64,000 nt of DNA, taken from assembly GCF_964194155.1 (NCBI RefSeq), contig NC_135898.1:3472001-3536000 (forward strand), written 5' to 3'. The first letter of the stretch is position 1; every line of letters starts with the position of its first letter. The translations under genes and the position numbers were made by a program. This DNA is from Cetorhinus maximus (taxonomy: Eukaryota). Below the pieces are notes generated by a model. It was given only the letters and a program-made list of their open reading frames with translations, searched no databases and had not been told where the DNA came from. Shown piece after piece: positions 50,201-61,466 of the stretch.

Positions 50201-53200
50201 TGTGCACCACCACTCTTACCTGTATTGAAATTCATTTGTCAATTAAACAAATGAATGTCGTCTTGTATCTTGTCACAAGCTTTGTATTAACTGCAACCCC
50301 TAACTTAGTGTTTAATCTGCCTGTTGTTTTGCAGCCAAACCTGGAAATGATATGGGCTATGAAAGCCTATCAACATGCCGAGATTTATTTCAATGTAAGT
50401 ACAGTTCTTTGCAATATTTTTATTTAAGGGATAGTCGCTCCTCCTTTACTGTTAAGATTCTGTGCCTTTGACTCGATTATTCCGATGCTCTCCTGACTGA
50501 TCGCCGCACCTTCCACCCTCTGGAAACTTCAACACATCCAAAATTTTTCTGCCCTTCATCATGTCCCATACCAATGCCCAATCACTCATCACTCCGACGC
50601 TTGCTGAGCTACAGGGGCTCCCAGTTCCCCCAACACCTACAATTTAAAATCCTCATCATTGCGTTCAAGTCCCTCCAGGGTCTTGCATGGCCTTATTTGT
50701 GTAACCTCCTTGAGGCCTACAGCCTGCCCTCTTCCCTCTCCCACCCTGACCTCCACTGAACAGTTTCGGGCTTCTTGTGAACCCATTCTCTTTAAAAAAA
50801 TTCATTCACGGGACGTAGGCATTGCTGGCTGGGCCAGCATTTATTACCCATCCCTAATTGCCCTTGAGAAGGTGGTGGTGAGCTGCCTTCTTGAGCCGCT
50901 GCAGTCCATGTGGTGTAGGTACACCCGCAGTGCTGTTAGGGAGGGAGTTCCAGGATTCCAATCTTACTGCAACTGTCCAGCCCCATGTTCTGGAATTCAT
51001 TCCCCCAACCTCTCCACCTTTTAAGATGCTCCTTATAACCTATGACCACTTTCACCTGTCCTAGTGTCTCATTAGATTAAAAAAAAAATTAAAAGTGGCG
51101 TCACGGTAAATCTGTGACCTGATTGGCTGGTAGAGAATCTACACTGAATTTGAAACTAAAACATTGTTAAACTAATTAAACCAAATAAATTAATCACTTA
51201 ATGAATAAGTAGAGGGTATCTAGACCAGAATCAGGGGATTACTGTTCTTAGAATTTAGCATTTATAGTAGAAATCTAGCCCTAGGGAACGTATAGTTAAT
51301 AAGGAGACAAGGAGCAGTTATTAGATTTAAATTAATTTATTAAACAGTTCTAGAAATGGCAGTTGCTGGGGTGAAGTGCTTCACCTGTGGGATGTGGGAA
51401 ATCTGTGACGCTTCAAGTGTCCCGGACAACTACATCTGCAGGAAGTGTACCCAATTGCAGCTCCTCACAGACCACATGGATCGGTTGGAGCATCAGTTGG
51501 TTGCACTTAGGAGCATTCAGGTGCCGGGAAGCGTCATTGACAGGAGTTTTACAGACGTGGTCACACCCAAGGTACAGAGAGATAGATGGGTGACCGCTAG
51601 AAGGGGCAGGCAGTCAGTGCAGAAATCCCCTGCGGTTGTCCCCCTCTCTAACTGGTATACCATTTTGGATACTGTTGGGGGGGGATGGCCTATCAGGGAA
51701 AAACAACAACAGTAGCCAGAGCAGTGGCACCACAGCTGTCTCTGTTGTTCAGCAGAGGGGGTCAAAGCACAGAAGAGCAATTGTCATAGGGAACTCTATA
51801 GTCAGGGGCTCAGATAGGCGCTTCTGTGGTCGTGAAAGAGACACCAGGATGGTATGTTGCCTCCCTGGTGCCAGGGTCCAGGATTTCTCTGATCGGGTAT
51901 GGGACATTCTGAAGGGGGAGGGAGAACAGCCAGAGGTCGTGGTACACATTGGTACTGACAACATAGGCAGGAAGAGGTCCTGCAGTGGAAGTTCAGGGAG
52001 TTAGGCAGAAAGTTAAAAAACAGGACCTCTAGAGTTGTAATCTCAGGATTACTCCCTGTGCCACGTGCCAGTGAGGCTAGAAATAGGAAGATAGTGCAGC
52101 TGAACACGTGGCTGAACAGATGGTGTAGGAGGGAGGGTTTCCGATATCTGGATCATTGGGATCTCTTCCGGGGCAGGTGGGACCTGTACAAGAAGGACGG
52201 GTTGCATCTAAACTGGAGGGGCACCAATATCCTGGCTGCGAGGTTTGCTAGTGTCACTCGGGAGGGTTTAAACTAGTATGGCAGGGGGGTGGGAACCAGA
52301 GCAATAGGTCAGCAGGTGAAATAAAGGACTGGGAACCAGTGAATATGGCCAGTAGGACTAAGAGGAAGGGCAGGCAGGGAGAAATTACTGAACACAGTGG
52401 GACTGGGGGTCTGAAATGCATTTGTTTCAATGCGAGAAGTATAACAGGCAAGGCAGATGAGCTTAGAGCTTGGATTAGTACTTGGGACTATGATGTTATT
52501 GCTATACAGAGACTTGGTTGAAGGATGGACATGATTGGCAGATAAACGTTCCAGGATTTAGATGTTTCAGGCAGGATAGAGGAATGTAGAAGAGGTGGGG
52601 GAGTTGTACTACTGGTTAAGGGGAATATCACAGCTGTGCGACAGGAGAACACCTCGTTGGGCTCATGCAGCAAGGCAATATGGGTAGAGCTCTGGAATAG
52701 GAAGGATGCAGTCACAATGTTGGGGATTTACTATAGGCCACCCAATTGCCGGCGGGAGATTGAGGAACAGTTATGTATTCAGATTTTCAAAGATGTAAAA
52801 GCAATAGGGTTGTTGTGGTAGGTGATTTTAACTTTCCCTATATTGACTGGGAATCACTTAGTGCTAGGGGTTTGGATGGTGCAGAATTTGTAAGGTGCAT
52901 ACAGGAGGGCTTCCTGAGACAATATGTAGATAATCCAACTAGGGAAGGGGCAATACTGGACCTGGTATTAGGGAATGAACCCGGCCAGGTGGTCAAAGTT
53001 TCAGTAGGGGAGCATTTCGGGAAAAGTGACCATAATTCAGTAAGTTTCAAGGTACTGGTGGATAAGGATAACAGGAGTCCTCGGGTTAAGGTGCTTAATT
53101 GGGGGAAGGCTAATTATAACAGTATTAGGCAGGAACTGAGGAATCTAGACTGGAGGCGGATGTTTGAGGGCAAATCAACAACTGACATGTGGGGGGCTTT

Positions 53201-56200
53201 CAAATGTCAGTTGATAAGAATTCAGAACCGGCATGTTCCTGCTAGGATGAAGGATAAGCATGGCAAGTTTCAGGAACCTTGGATAACGAAGGATATTGTG
53301 AGATTAGTCAAAAAAAGGGAAGCATTCGTAAGGGCTAGAAGGCTGGGAACAGATGAAGCCCGTGGAGAATACAAAGAAAGTAGGAAGAGACTTAAGCAAG
53401 GAGTCAGGAGGGCTAAAAGGGGTCATGAAAAGTCACTGGCAACCAGGATTAAGGAAAATCCCAAGGCCTTTTATACATATGTAAAAAGCAAGAGGGTAGC
53501 CAGGGAAAGGGTAGGCCCACTCAGGGACAGAGGTGGGAATCTGTGTGTGGAGCCAGAAGAAATGGGAGAGATACACTAAATGAATACTTTTCATCAGTAT
53601 TCACCAAAGAGAAGGACTTAGCGGTCAATTTGTCTGGGGAAGAGTGTGTAGATAGCCTGGATCATGTTGAGATCAAAAAGAGGTGTTAGGTGTCTTGAAG
53701 AATATTAGGGTGGATAAGTCCCCAGGGCCAGATGGGATCTACCCCAGAGTACTGAGGGAGGCAAGGAGATTGCTGGGTCCTTGACAGAAAGCTTTGTATC
53801 CTCACTGGCTACGGGTGAGGTCCCAGAGGACTGGAGAATGGCCAATGTTGTTCCATTGTTTAAAAAGAGTAGCAGGGATAATCCAGGAAATTACAGGCCG
53901 GTGAGCCTTATGTCAGTGGTAGGGAAATTATTGGAGAAGATTCTTCGTGACAGGATTTACTACCATTTGGAAGCAAACGGGCGTATTAGTGAGAGGCAGC
54001 ATGGTTTTGTGAAGGGGAGGTCGTGTCTCACTAACTTGATCGAGTTTTTCGAGGAAGTGACAAAGATGATCGACGATGGAAGGACAGTGGATGTTATATA
54101 CATGGATTTCAGTAAGGCCTTTGACAAGGTCCCTCATGGCAGACTGGTACAGAAGGTAAAGTCACACGGGATCAGAGGTGAGCTGGCAGAATGGATACAG
54201 AATTGGCTTGGTCATAGAAGACAGAGGGTAGCAGTGGAAGGGTGCTTTTCTGAATGGACTAGTGGAGTTCCACAGGGATCAGTGCTGGGACCTTTGCTGT
54301 TTGTGGTATACATAAATGATTTGGAGGAAAACGTAACTGGGCTAATTAGTAAGTTTGCAGACGACACTAAGGTTGGAGGAGTTGCAGATAGTGAAGAGGA
54401 TTGTCAAAGGATACAACGGGATATAGATCTGTTGGAGACTTGGGCGGAGAAATGGCAGATGGAGTTTAATCCGGACAAATGCGAGGTAATGCATTTTGGA
54501 AGGTCTAATACAGGCAAGAATTATACAGTAAATGGCAGAACCCTTAAGTGCATCAACGGGCAGAGGGATCTGGATGTACAGGTCCACAGGTCACTGAAAG
54601 TGGCAACGCAGGTGGATAAGATAGTCAGGAAGGCATATGGCATGCTTGCCTTCATTGGCAGGGGTATTGAGTATAAAAGCTGGGAAGTCATGCTGCAGCT
54701 GTATAGAACCTTAGTTAGGCCACACTTGGAATATTGCGTGCAATTCTGGTCACCACATTACCAGAAGGATACGGAGGCATTGGAGAGGGTGCAGAGGAGG
54801 TTTACCAGGATGCTGCCTGGTCTGGAGGTTATTAGCTATGAGGAGAGGTTGGAGAAACTCAGATTGTTCTCACTAGAGCGACGGAGATTGAGGAGCGACT
54901 TGATAGAAGTTTACAAAATTATGAGTGGCATGGACAGAGTAGATAGTCAGAAGCTTTTTCCCAGGGTGGAAGAGTCAATTACTAGGGGACATAGTTTTAA
55001 GGTGAGAGGAGAAAACTACAAAGATGTGCGGGGCAAGTTTTTTATGCAGAGGGTAGAGTGTCTGGAATTCGCTGCCAGAGGAGGTGGTGGAAGCAGGTAC
55101 GATAGTGGCGTTTAAGAGGCAGCTTGACAAATACATGAATAGGATGGGAATAGAGGGATACGGACCCCGGAAGTGCAAAATGTTTTAGTTGACGGGCAAT
55201 GTGATCGGTGCAGGCTTGGAGGGCCGAAGGGCCTGTTCCTGTGCTGTACTTTTCTTTGTTCTTGTTCTTTGTAGACAGCTCGCCATCAGTTTGGATCTGA
55301 TGAAACTCTTACAGCCATTCTAAATTTCTGCACTCCTCCAATTCTGGCCTCTGCGCAACACTGATTTTAATCGGTCCGTCAGTTGGTGGCCGTGCCTACA
55401 GTTGCCTGGACCCTAAAGCTGTGGAAATTCCATCCCTGAACCTCTCCAGCTCTCTCTCCTCAAGGATGCTCCTAAAAGCCTACCTCTTTGACTAATTTTT
55501 TGGTTGCCTATCCTAATATCTGCTTATGTGGCTTGATGTCAAATATTCTCTCATTACAGTCTTATGTTGTTCCTTAGGACGCTTTAGCACCTCTCTGAAA
55601 TGCCTCGGGATGGCCATGTTAGAAATGTTAAATAAGTGCAAGTGGTTGTTATTGCTGAGGCCTCATGTGGTCCAAATTCCTGTAGCGTTCTCACTGGGGG
55701 CAAATTAGAGATTGTTCTGCAATTGATTTTACTCATTCAAAAGGAAATGACTGAGCTTCTTGTAGACACTTGACTAGCCTGAGGAACTCACCATTTCAGG
55801 ATTTGTTGAGTCCACCTATGGTTCTTCACTTGGAAAGATTAGTGGATACAAAACAGAATAAGTATTTCCTGGACTGGCGGTTATTAAGGAGTAATTTCAG
55901 TGAGGCTTGGATTCATCAGAATTGTTTTTTTTTGTGTGTACAAACTTGTGCATTATATCGGTGTAACAAAAAAAGCTTTCTGCAATGACCTGCTTTGGGC
56001 CGCTGAGGATCACAGAATGGTTACAGCACAGGAGGCCATTCAGCCCATCGCGTTTGTAATGGCAAATGCTGAGGTGGGGGGCTGCATTTCCATCATGGGT
56101 TTGGGAATTGAGATTCGGGCCATTTACCGAAGTTCTGAATGAACCCACATGCACTCGTTATTTTCACCCCAGGGAGCAGGGGACGACTGGAATCCGGGCT

Positions 56201-58971
56201 GCTGCTTCCTGAGGCAGGGAGGCAGAAGAATGTTGAGGTCGGCAGATGATAAGGCCCACCTCCATTTTCTGGAATATTGGCCCAATTCTGTGTATGACTG
56301 TTAGGCATTCTAGCACTCATCCCTCAATCCTCCATGGCCCCTGCATACTCCCCAATATCTCCTATCTCCCCTCTATAACTGCTCACCCAGTATCCACTAT
56401 TGACTGAACTCATGAGCCCAAAAATAACACGGGAAAGTCTTTGAAAAGTTCATAAAATATAAAAAAAATTCGGTTTACTCCCCTTTATCTTATAAAACGT
56501 CAATCAAAAAACACCCATTCAAACTCCCATTGAGAAAAACTCTCCTCAAAATAAAGTTATTCAAAAACTCTCTTCAAAACACTTCAATCCTATTAACTGC
56601 TCATGAAAGTATCAGTACAACAAAGCTCACAGCCCCCTGTGCAGCTTGTGTGAACAATCCCTGCTGAGCTTGGAGCTCAGCCATGCATTCAAATAGGATT
56701 CCATTACACAGCTGAATAAACAAACCCTAGAGAGCTCAATACTTCAGAGTCTTTGAAGTTACCTGACTGGATGGCCAGCCATCTATTCAGTCTTTTCAAA
56801 GGCTCATCAGACGTCTGGACTTTAAATCAACATAAATATCTAGGAACAGTGTGCAGATGACAGATTAAAATTAGATTCTGAATACTGAAGAATGCAGAAG
56901 AGCACTTTATCTGCTGGATAAAGTATTCTAATGCATGTGAACACAATGTAATGCTGGTCAATTGAATGCTCACTTAATTTTAATGGACCAGGGCCCTCTG
57001 ATCAATCATTGCATTTAAAAATATTTAAATTATAATACACCATCACATTTGATATTTGAAGATGGCAAGAGCTTTTAAACTGACCTGTCAAAAGGTTCCA
57101 GACTCCACGATAGGCTTCCCCAAGGTTCATGAATTGACTGACCTGACACGTTTCACAGGCTTCAGAACCTTACCACCTCACTGCAATATCAATCTCATTG
57201 GGAAACTGGCAATTGACCAGGCATTTAAAAGGCCAACGTCACTTTAATGAGCCTCGGTACACCACCCAGCATGATTCTGGCGCCAATCAAAATACTGGCT
57301 AACAAGAATCGGCTGGGAAATTTGAATTCAAGAAATCCTGCCTCTATTTCCAACCACCCAGCATCGGGACGGCTGTGGAAATCCCTGAGGATGTGTCACT
57401 ATTAGGGTGTTCCTAGAAATGTTTAACTATTCGCATAGTTCCTTCACGAATGTGTCAGTAGTGGGCCCAGGAAATCTGTCTATGTTCAGTAGTTCCTTTG
57501 GGATTGTGAATATTAGCAAGGTGAAGCCCTGACAGTGTGTTCGTAATAACGAATTGGGGAGGAATGTGTCTGTTTTCGGTTGAGGAGGTGCTCTGTGAAT
57601 ATCAACATTTGCAAGGGATTGGCAGGAATGTTTTCCAGGGAGCCGCCTGGGACCCTATCAGTATTAGCAGGATGTTCCCTGAGGTTTTGTGACCATTTGC
57701 AGCTTCCTTCTGTCATTAATAGCAAGGTATTGAATGAGAACGTACCATTATTTGCAGCAGATGCCCAGAAACCTATCAGCACTTCCCCTGGAAATATGTC
57801 AGCATTTGCAGCAGGTCTCTGCGAGTGTCAGTTAATTGCAGGGCATTCTGGGGCTTTGTCAGTATTTACAGGGAGTCTACAGGAGCGTTTCAGTGGTTCC
57901 GGGGATTCCCTGCAAGTGTGTTGATATTTGTGGCGAGATCCCATACTTGTGTGTGCGGTTCCCTGGGTGTATGTCAGGATTTACAGAGGATTCAAGGCTG
58001 TGTCACAGTTGCAGACGGCCCGTGCGATTGTGTCACTATTTCAGGGTTTCCCAGTGGGAACTGGTTGATATTCAAATATGCCAGGCAATGTCTGAAGTGA
58101 TGACTCAAAAGGTTTATTCCTTTATTTCACATCATTGCCTCCAATACAAAATTCAGTCATTGTGACTCATGGTACATCTGCTCTTTTCAAAGCTTATTTG
58201 TTCAGTTGACCCAAGATTTCTCAAACTGACCAGAGAAGATGATCTGATCTATGACGAGTTCAGGAAGCAGTTCAGGGACATGAAAGTCGACATACTGGAT
58301 CAGGAGGAGTTAAAATCGGAGGCGGCAAAACTTGTGAGTTCCTTTTAATTTACTTGTCGTCTTTTGTCTGATGGTGTTGCCCGTTCCTGGGGTAGCACAA
58401 ACAATTTACACTCGGTCTGAAAGAAGCAGTGCAGCTCTCTGAAGTCTGCCTTCTCTCCTGTTACAGCGATGGCGACCCTTCTGCCTGCAGTTCGAAGCCC
58501 TGGTCGAAGATTTCAACTACGGGACGCTTCTACGACTAGACTGCTCGAAAGATTACGTGGAGGAAAACACAATATTTGGTAGGGATGAGTGGGGGAGAGA
58601 ATTGGGGCTGGGGGGGGGGGGGGGGTTAGGGGTGAGGGTGAAAAGAGGCTAAAAGGGGAGGAGTATTCAACTCTCCTTGGGGTAAGAAAAGCTTCAGCAT
58701 TTTAAAAGGAACGCATGAGGAGACAGTTTGTTCTGTGGAGGTAAAAGTTCTCTTCAGAACTGATGTGCTTTTCTGATTCCATCCATTTCTCCACCCAGCT
58801 ACCAGAATTCAATTCTTTGCCATAGAAATTGCCCGGAATCGGGAGGGCCACAACACAGCACTGTATGAAAGATCAACAAAAGCAATCGCAGCCAGTGCTG
58901 ATGAGGCTTCCGCTAACCAAGAGGGAGCACTGGGAAATTGCGCTGGAGAAGAGAGCGCTGCACATACATAG
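44190..58971 (+). CDS. PBDC1: Polysaccharide biosynthesis domain-containing protein 1 (PBDC1/CXorf26), 6 coding exons, 190 aa
   Basis: Exons 44190-44210, 47536-47601, 50335-50394, 58193-58333, 58467-58578, 58799-58971, all GT-AG, 573 nt in total. Motifs ALSLPADAYGNDP, WAMKAYQHAEIYF, SVDPRFLKLT, WRPFC..VEDFNYGTLLRLD and TRIQFFAIEIARNREG match human PBDC1. Confidence 0.94.
44235..45436. repeat. C-rich minisatellite (CCCTCAATCCAAATACCCCC(CT)CCTCA, ~24-35 bp units) at the start of PBDC1 intron 1
   Basis: Tandem units are directly visible; almost no G on the + strand. Confidence 0.95.
46050..46700 (-). mobile_element. L2-type LINE 3' fragment (related pieces at ~7480-8010, 22800-22960, 50480-50760, 55310-55650)
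   Basis: The - strand reads HSPITPVLAAVHWLQV..FK..LWNLL, typical of the L2 ORF2 C-terminus. Confidence 0.7.
47536..47601 (+). CDS. PBDC1: PBDC1 exon 2 (SGAELISTAQALSLPADAYGND)
   Basis: cccag acceptor and gtgagt donor. Confidence 0.9.
47987..48306 (-). mobile_element. Young CR1 3'-end copy (antisense), nested in an older repeat
   Basis: The reverse complement is near-identical to 54951-55270; it interrupts the older repeat at cagtgctgtta|...|agggagttccaggat. Confidence 0.9.
50335..50394 (+). CDS. PBDC1: PBDC1 exon 3 (PNLEMIWAMKAYQHAEIYFN)
   Basis: ttgcag acceptor and gtaagt donor. Confidence 0.92.
51078..55272 (+). mobile_element. Near full-length CR1-clade (HER1-like) LINE: ORF1 zinc finger plus SGNH esterase, ORF2 APE plus RT, disrupted by frameshifts
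   Basis: CxxC..CxxC (51356+); VIGNSIVRG/CLPGA/VHIGTDN/DGLHLN (SGNH); CFNARSI, GDFNFP, SDHNSV (APE); YMDFSKAFDKV, SGVPQGSVLGP, KFADD (RT); (TTCTTTG)n-like tail. Confidence 0.95.
57390..58100. repeat. Highly degenerate ~30-bp tandem repeat (TGTCAGTATTTGCAGGG..TTCCCTG-like)
   Basis: Recurrent tgtcag(t/c)att(t/a)gcag / ttccctg motifs at roughly regular spacing. Confidence 0.5.
58193..58333 (+). CDS. PBDC1: PBDC1 exon 4 (LICSVDPRFLKLT...EELKSEAAKL)
   Basis: 141 nt; AG/GT boundaries. Confidence 0.93.
58467..58578 (+). CDS. PBDC1: PBDC1 exon 5 (RWRPFCLQFEALVEDFNYGTLLRLDCSKDYVEENTIF)
   Basis: 112 nt; ttacag acceptor and gtaggg donor. Confidence 0.94.
58799..58971 (+). CDS. PBDC1: PBDC1 last coding exon (ATRIQFFAIEIARNREG...AAHT*)
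   Basis: cccag acceptor; TAG at 58969-58971. Confidence 0.93.
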
Positions 58972-59689
58972 CCGATTGGAAGGATGGACCGGATTGCCTG
59001 CATCATATCCTACTGCTTGTCAGGAACTGGGACTGCTCCTGTTCACAGAATTTAACCCAGAGCTCAGTGTTTGAAAGCTTCAGTCGAGACCAGACACAAG
59101 TGCAGTAATTCCTGTTGGAGGCAACTGGAATAATATTGAAAACAAGTCTTCTTTATCCCAGGGCTATTGAAAGTTGCAAAGTTTACACAAACAGAGACCA
59201 TGAGCAAGTTTTGGAATGAGTACCTCCATCAGCTTTCAATGACTGTATAATATCATAGACATTTGAGGATATCCCATGGAATGAAAGAGGCAGATTAACA
59301 CAGATTTGAAGATACAACTATTTGTGTGTGAAAGTCTATTATGGTTATTGTTATTGCTATGCTAACTGCAGAAAAATGAGAGCGGGGGTGTGAAGGTAGG
59401 AAGAGAGTTAACTGGAAGAGAGGAGGGGGTAAGAAAAAGGGGAGGGCGGACAGGGGAGTGGTGTGAGAGGAGGGGAGAAAGAGGAGAGGAGTGGAGTGAA
59501 GTAAATTTTTGCCTTTTAAGTATTTATCCAATTGCCTTTTGGAAGTTACTATTGAATATTCAGGTAACACATTAAAAATCAGTAATAAAGAAAAATAAAA
59601 TTCTCAATTCCCTCTGTGGATCTTTGTCAGTCTCTTCCAATCCACTCAACCTAAACACCTTATAATTTTGAAAACCAGAGGCAAGGAAG

Positions 59690-60430
59690 GGAGAATGGAG
59701 AGGCAGAGGGGTGAGGTGGGGGAGGAGTGAGGTAGTGGGGGGAGAAACAAAGGGAGGGAGAGGAAGGGGGAGAGGGGATGGGGAAGGGGGAGAGGGGATG
59801 GGGAGGAGGGGAGAGTGGGAGGAGGGGAGAGTGGGAGGAGGGGAGAGTGGGAGGGGGAGGAGGGGAGAGTGGGAGGGGGAGGAGGGGAGAGTGGGAGGGG
59901 GAGGAGGGGAGAGTGGGAGGGGGAGGAGGGGAGAGTGGGAGGGGGAGGAGGGGAGAGTGGGAGGGGGAGGAGGGGCGAGAGCGGGGGGAACAGGGAAATG
60001 GGAGAGGGAGAGTAGGGAGAGGGAGACTAGAGAGAGGGGAGGGAAAGGAGGGAGAGAGAGGGGAGGGAAAGGAGGGAGGGAGAGGGGAGGGAAAGGAGGG
60101 AGGGTGGAAGAGGGGGGTACCAGGGGACGGGGAGGGGACCGAGCGGACAGGGTGGGGAGCGAGGGGATGGGGAGGGGAGCGAGGGGAAGGACGAGGGGAT
60201 GGAGTGGGCGATGAGGAGGGGGACGAGGGAACAGGGAAGAGTTGGGAACGGGGAGGGGTCGAGGAGGGGTTGAGGGGATGGGGAGGAGATGGGAACGGGG
60301 AGGAGACAGGAAGGGGCCAGGGGACAGGGAGGAGCAGTGGAGGGGAGGGGGTGGGGATGGGGCCAGCAGGATAGGGAGGGGGAGAATGTGGCTGGGGAAA
60401 AGGAGGATGGTGGAAGGTGAAGAGTGAAGA
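59690..60430. repeat. Polypurine G-rich low-complexity tract with GGGGAGAGTGGGAGGGGGAGGA units
   Basis: About 740 bp of almost pure G/A on the + strand, between the convergent 3' ends of PBDC1 and XPO7. Confidence 0.9.
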
Positions 60431-60538
60431 CAACAGGGGGAAGTGCTGGGGATAAGCTCACCCACTCCTGTAGACGACTGCTTTTCCTCTGCACACTTGA
60501 ACCAACGGGAGACTACTTTCAGTACAAACCATTGACAT

Positions 60539-60544
60539 TTTATT
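60539..60544 (-). terminator. Probable XPO7 polyadenylation signal (AATAAA)
   Basis: AATAAA on the - strand ~830 nt after the XPO7 stop, at the end of an AU-rich UTR. Confidence 0.6.
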
Positions 60545-61372
60545 CGCAGTCACAATGCTTACACTATATGCAGCAAACATTCTTACATACCAACCTACCT
60601 GATCACGCAGTGATTCGGAAATGTGTTTAGTCAGAACATTCAGTGGAAAGGAACAATAAAAATATATAATCCATTGGTTTTCTGTTCCTTGGTGAATATA
60701 AACGAGCTGTGCTCAACACATAATTAGCAGCAATGGTTTCTGTTACCTCTTTTACAGAAATTCCCTAATCACTACCGGAACAATTGTTGGAAAAATATGA
60801 CGGACAATTGGTACTTGGAGCTAATTCTGCATTAGTTGTTAAGTTTCTTTTTTGTCATTATTTGTATAGATTAAGTCCTGCTCTTGGATTACACGGAGCT
60901 CTGTATCTAACTGAACTCCCACACTCATTCCACCCCAACTACCTTACATCGCCCCTTGTTGCACATCATCCAAGTCTCTCAACATCGTGCTCCCAACTCT
61001 AAAAATTTCAATCACAACTCTTTCGTTTCTCTCTCTCTTTTAATTGATTTCATATAAACATTGTTCAAAATGTCTTAAGAAAAAAAAATGTACAAGTTTA
61101 TACAAGGCAGATGAGGGGGCGAGAACACAAAAGCACTCGCTGCCATAATTTTGTTGTCGAAGGGAGGGACAGTGACAAGTCCTGCAGTCCGATGCTGGGG
61201 AATTGAGGAGGGGGAGCTGTGGGCGCTGCCCTTGTACCTGCGACCCCTGGGAGCTGTCCGACTGAACTCTGCCTCTTCCCTCCACCCCCCCCTCCCGTGT
61301 AACATCACAGATGCACTTCCCTCCCTTCCTTGACCCCTTCCAACCACGTGGGAGGTGAGATTCAGACAGACG

Positions 61373-61466
61373 TCAGCTCATCATGTCGCTGCTGTTGACA
61401 CCGTACGTCGAGTTCTTCATTGAGTCGTTCACTTCTCTACGAAACACCGAGAGGTTCTGGGTGAAT
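61373..61466 (-). CDS. XPO7: XPO7 last coding exon
   Basis: Ends DMMS-TGA. Confidence 0.95.

Noticed and set aside
51070-55280. Target-site duplication of the large CR1
   Set aside because: Only a 4-nt TAGA coincidence was seen, which is too short to support a TSD.
59572-60494. Pro-rich and Gly/Glu/Arg-rich ORFs
   Set aside because: Low-complexity polypurine tract with no splice or homology support.
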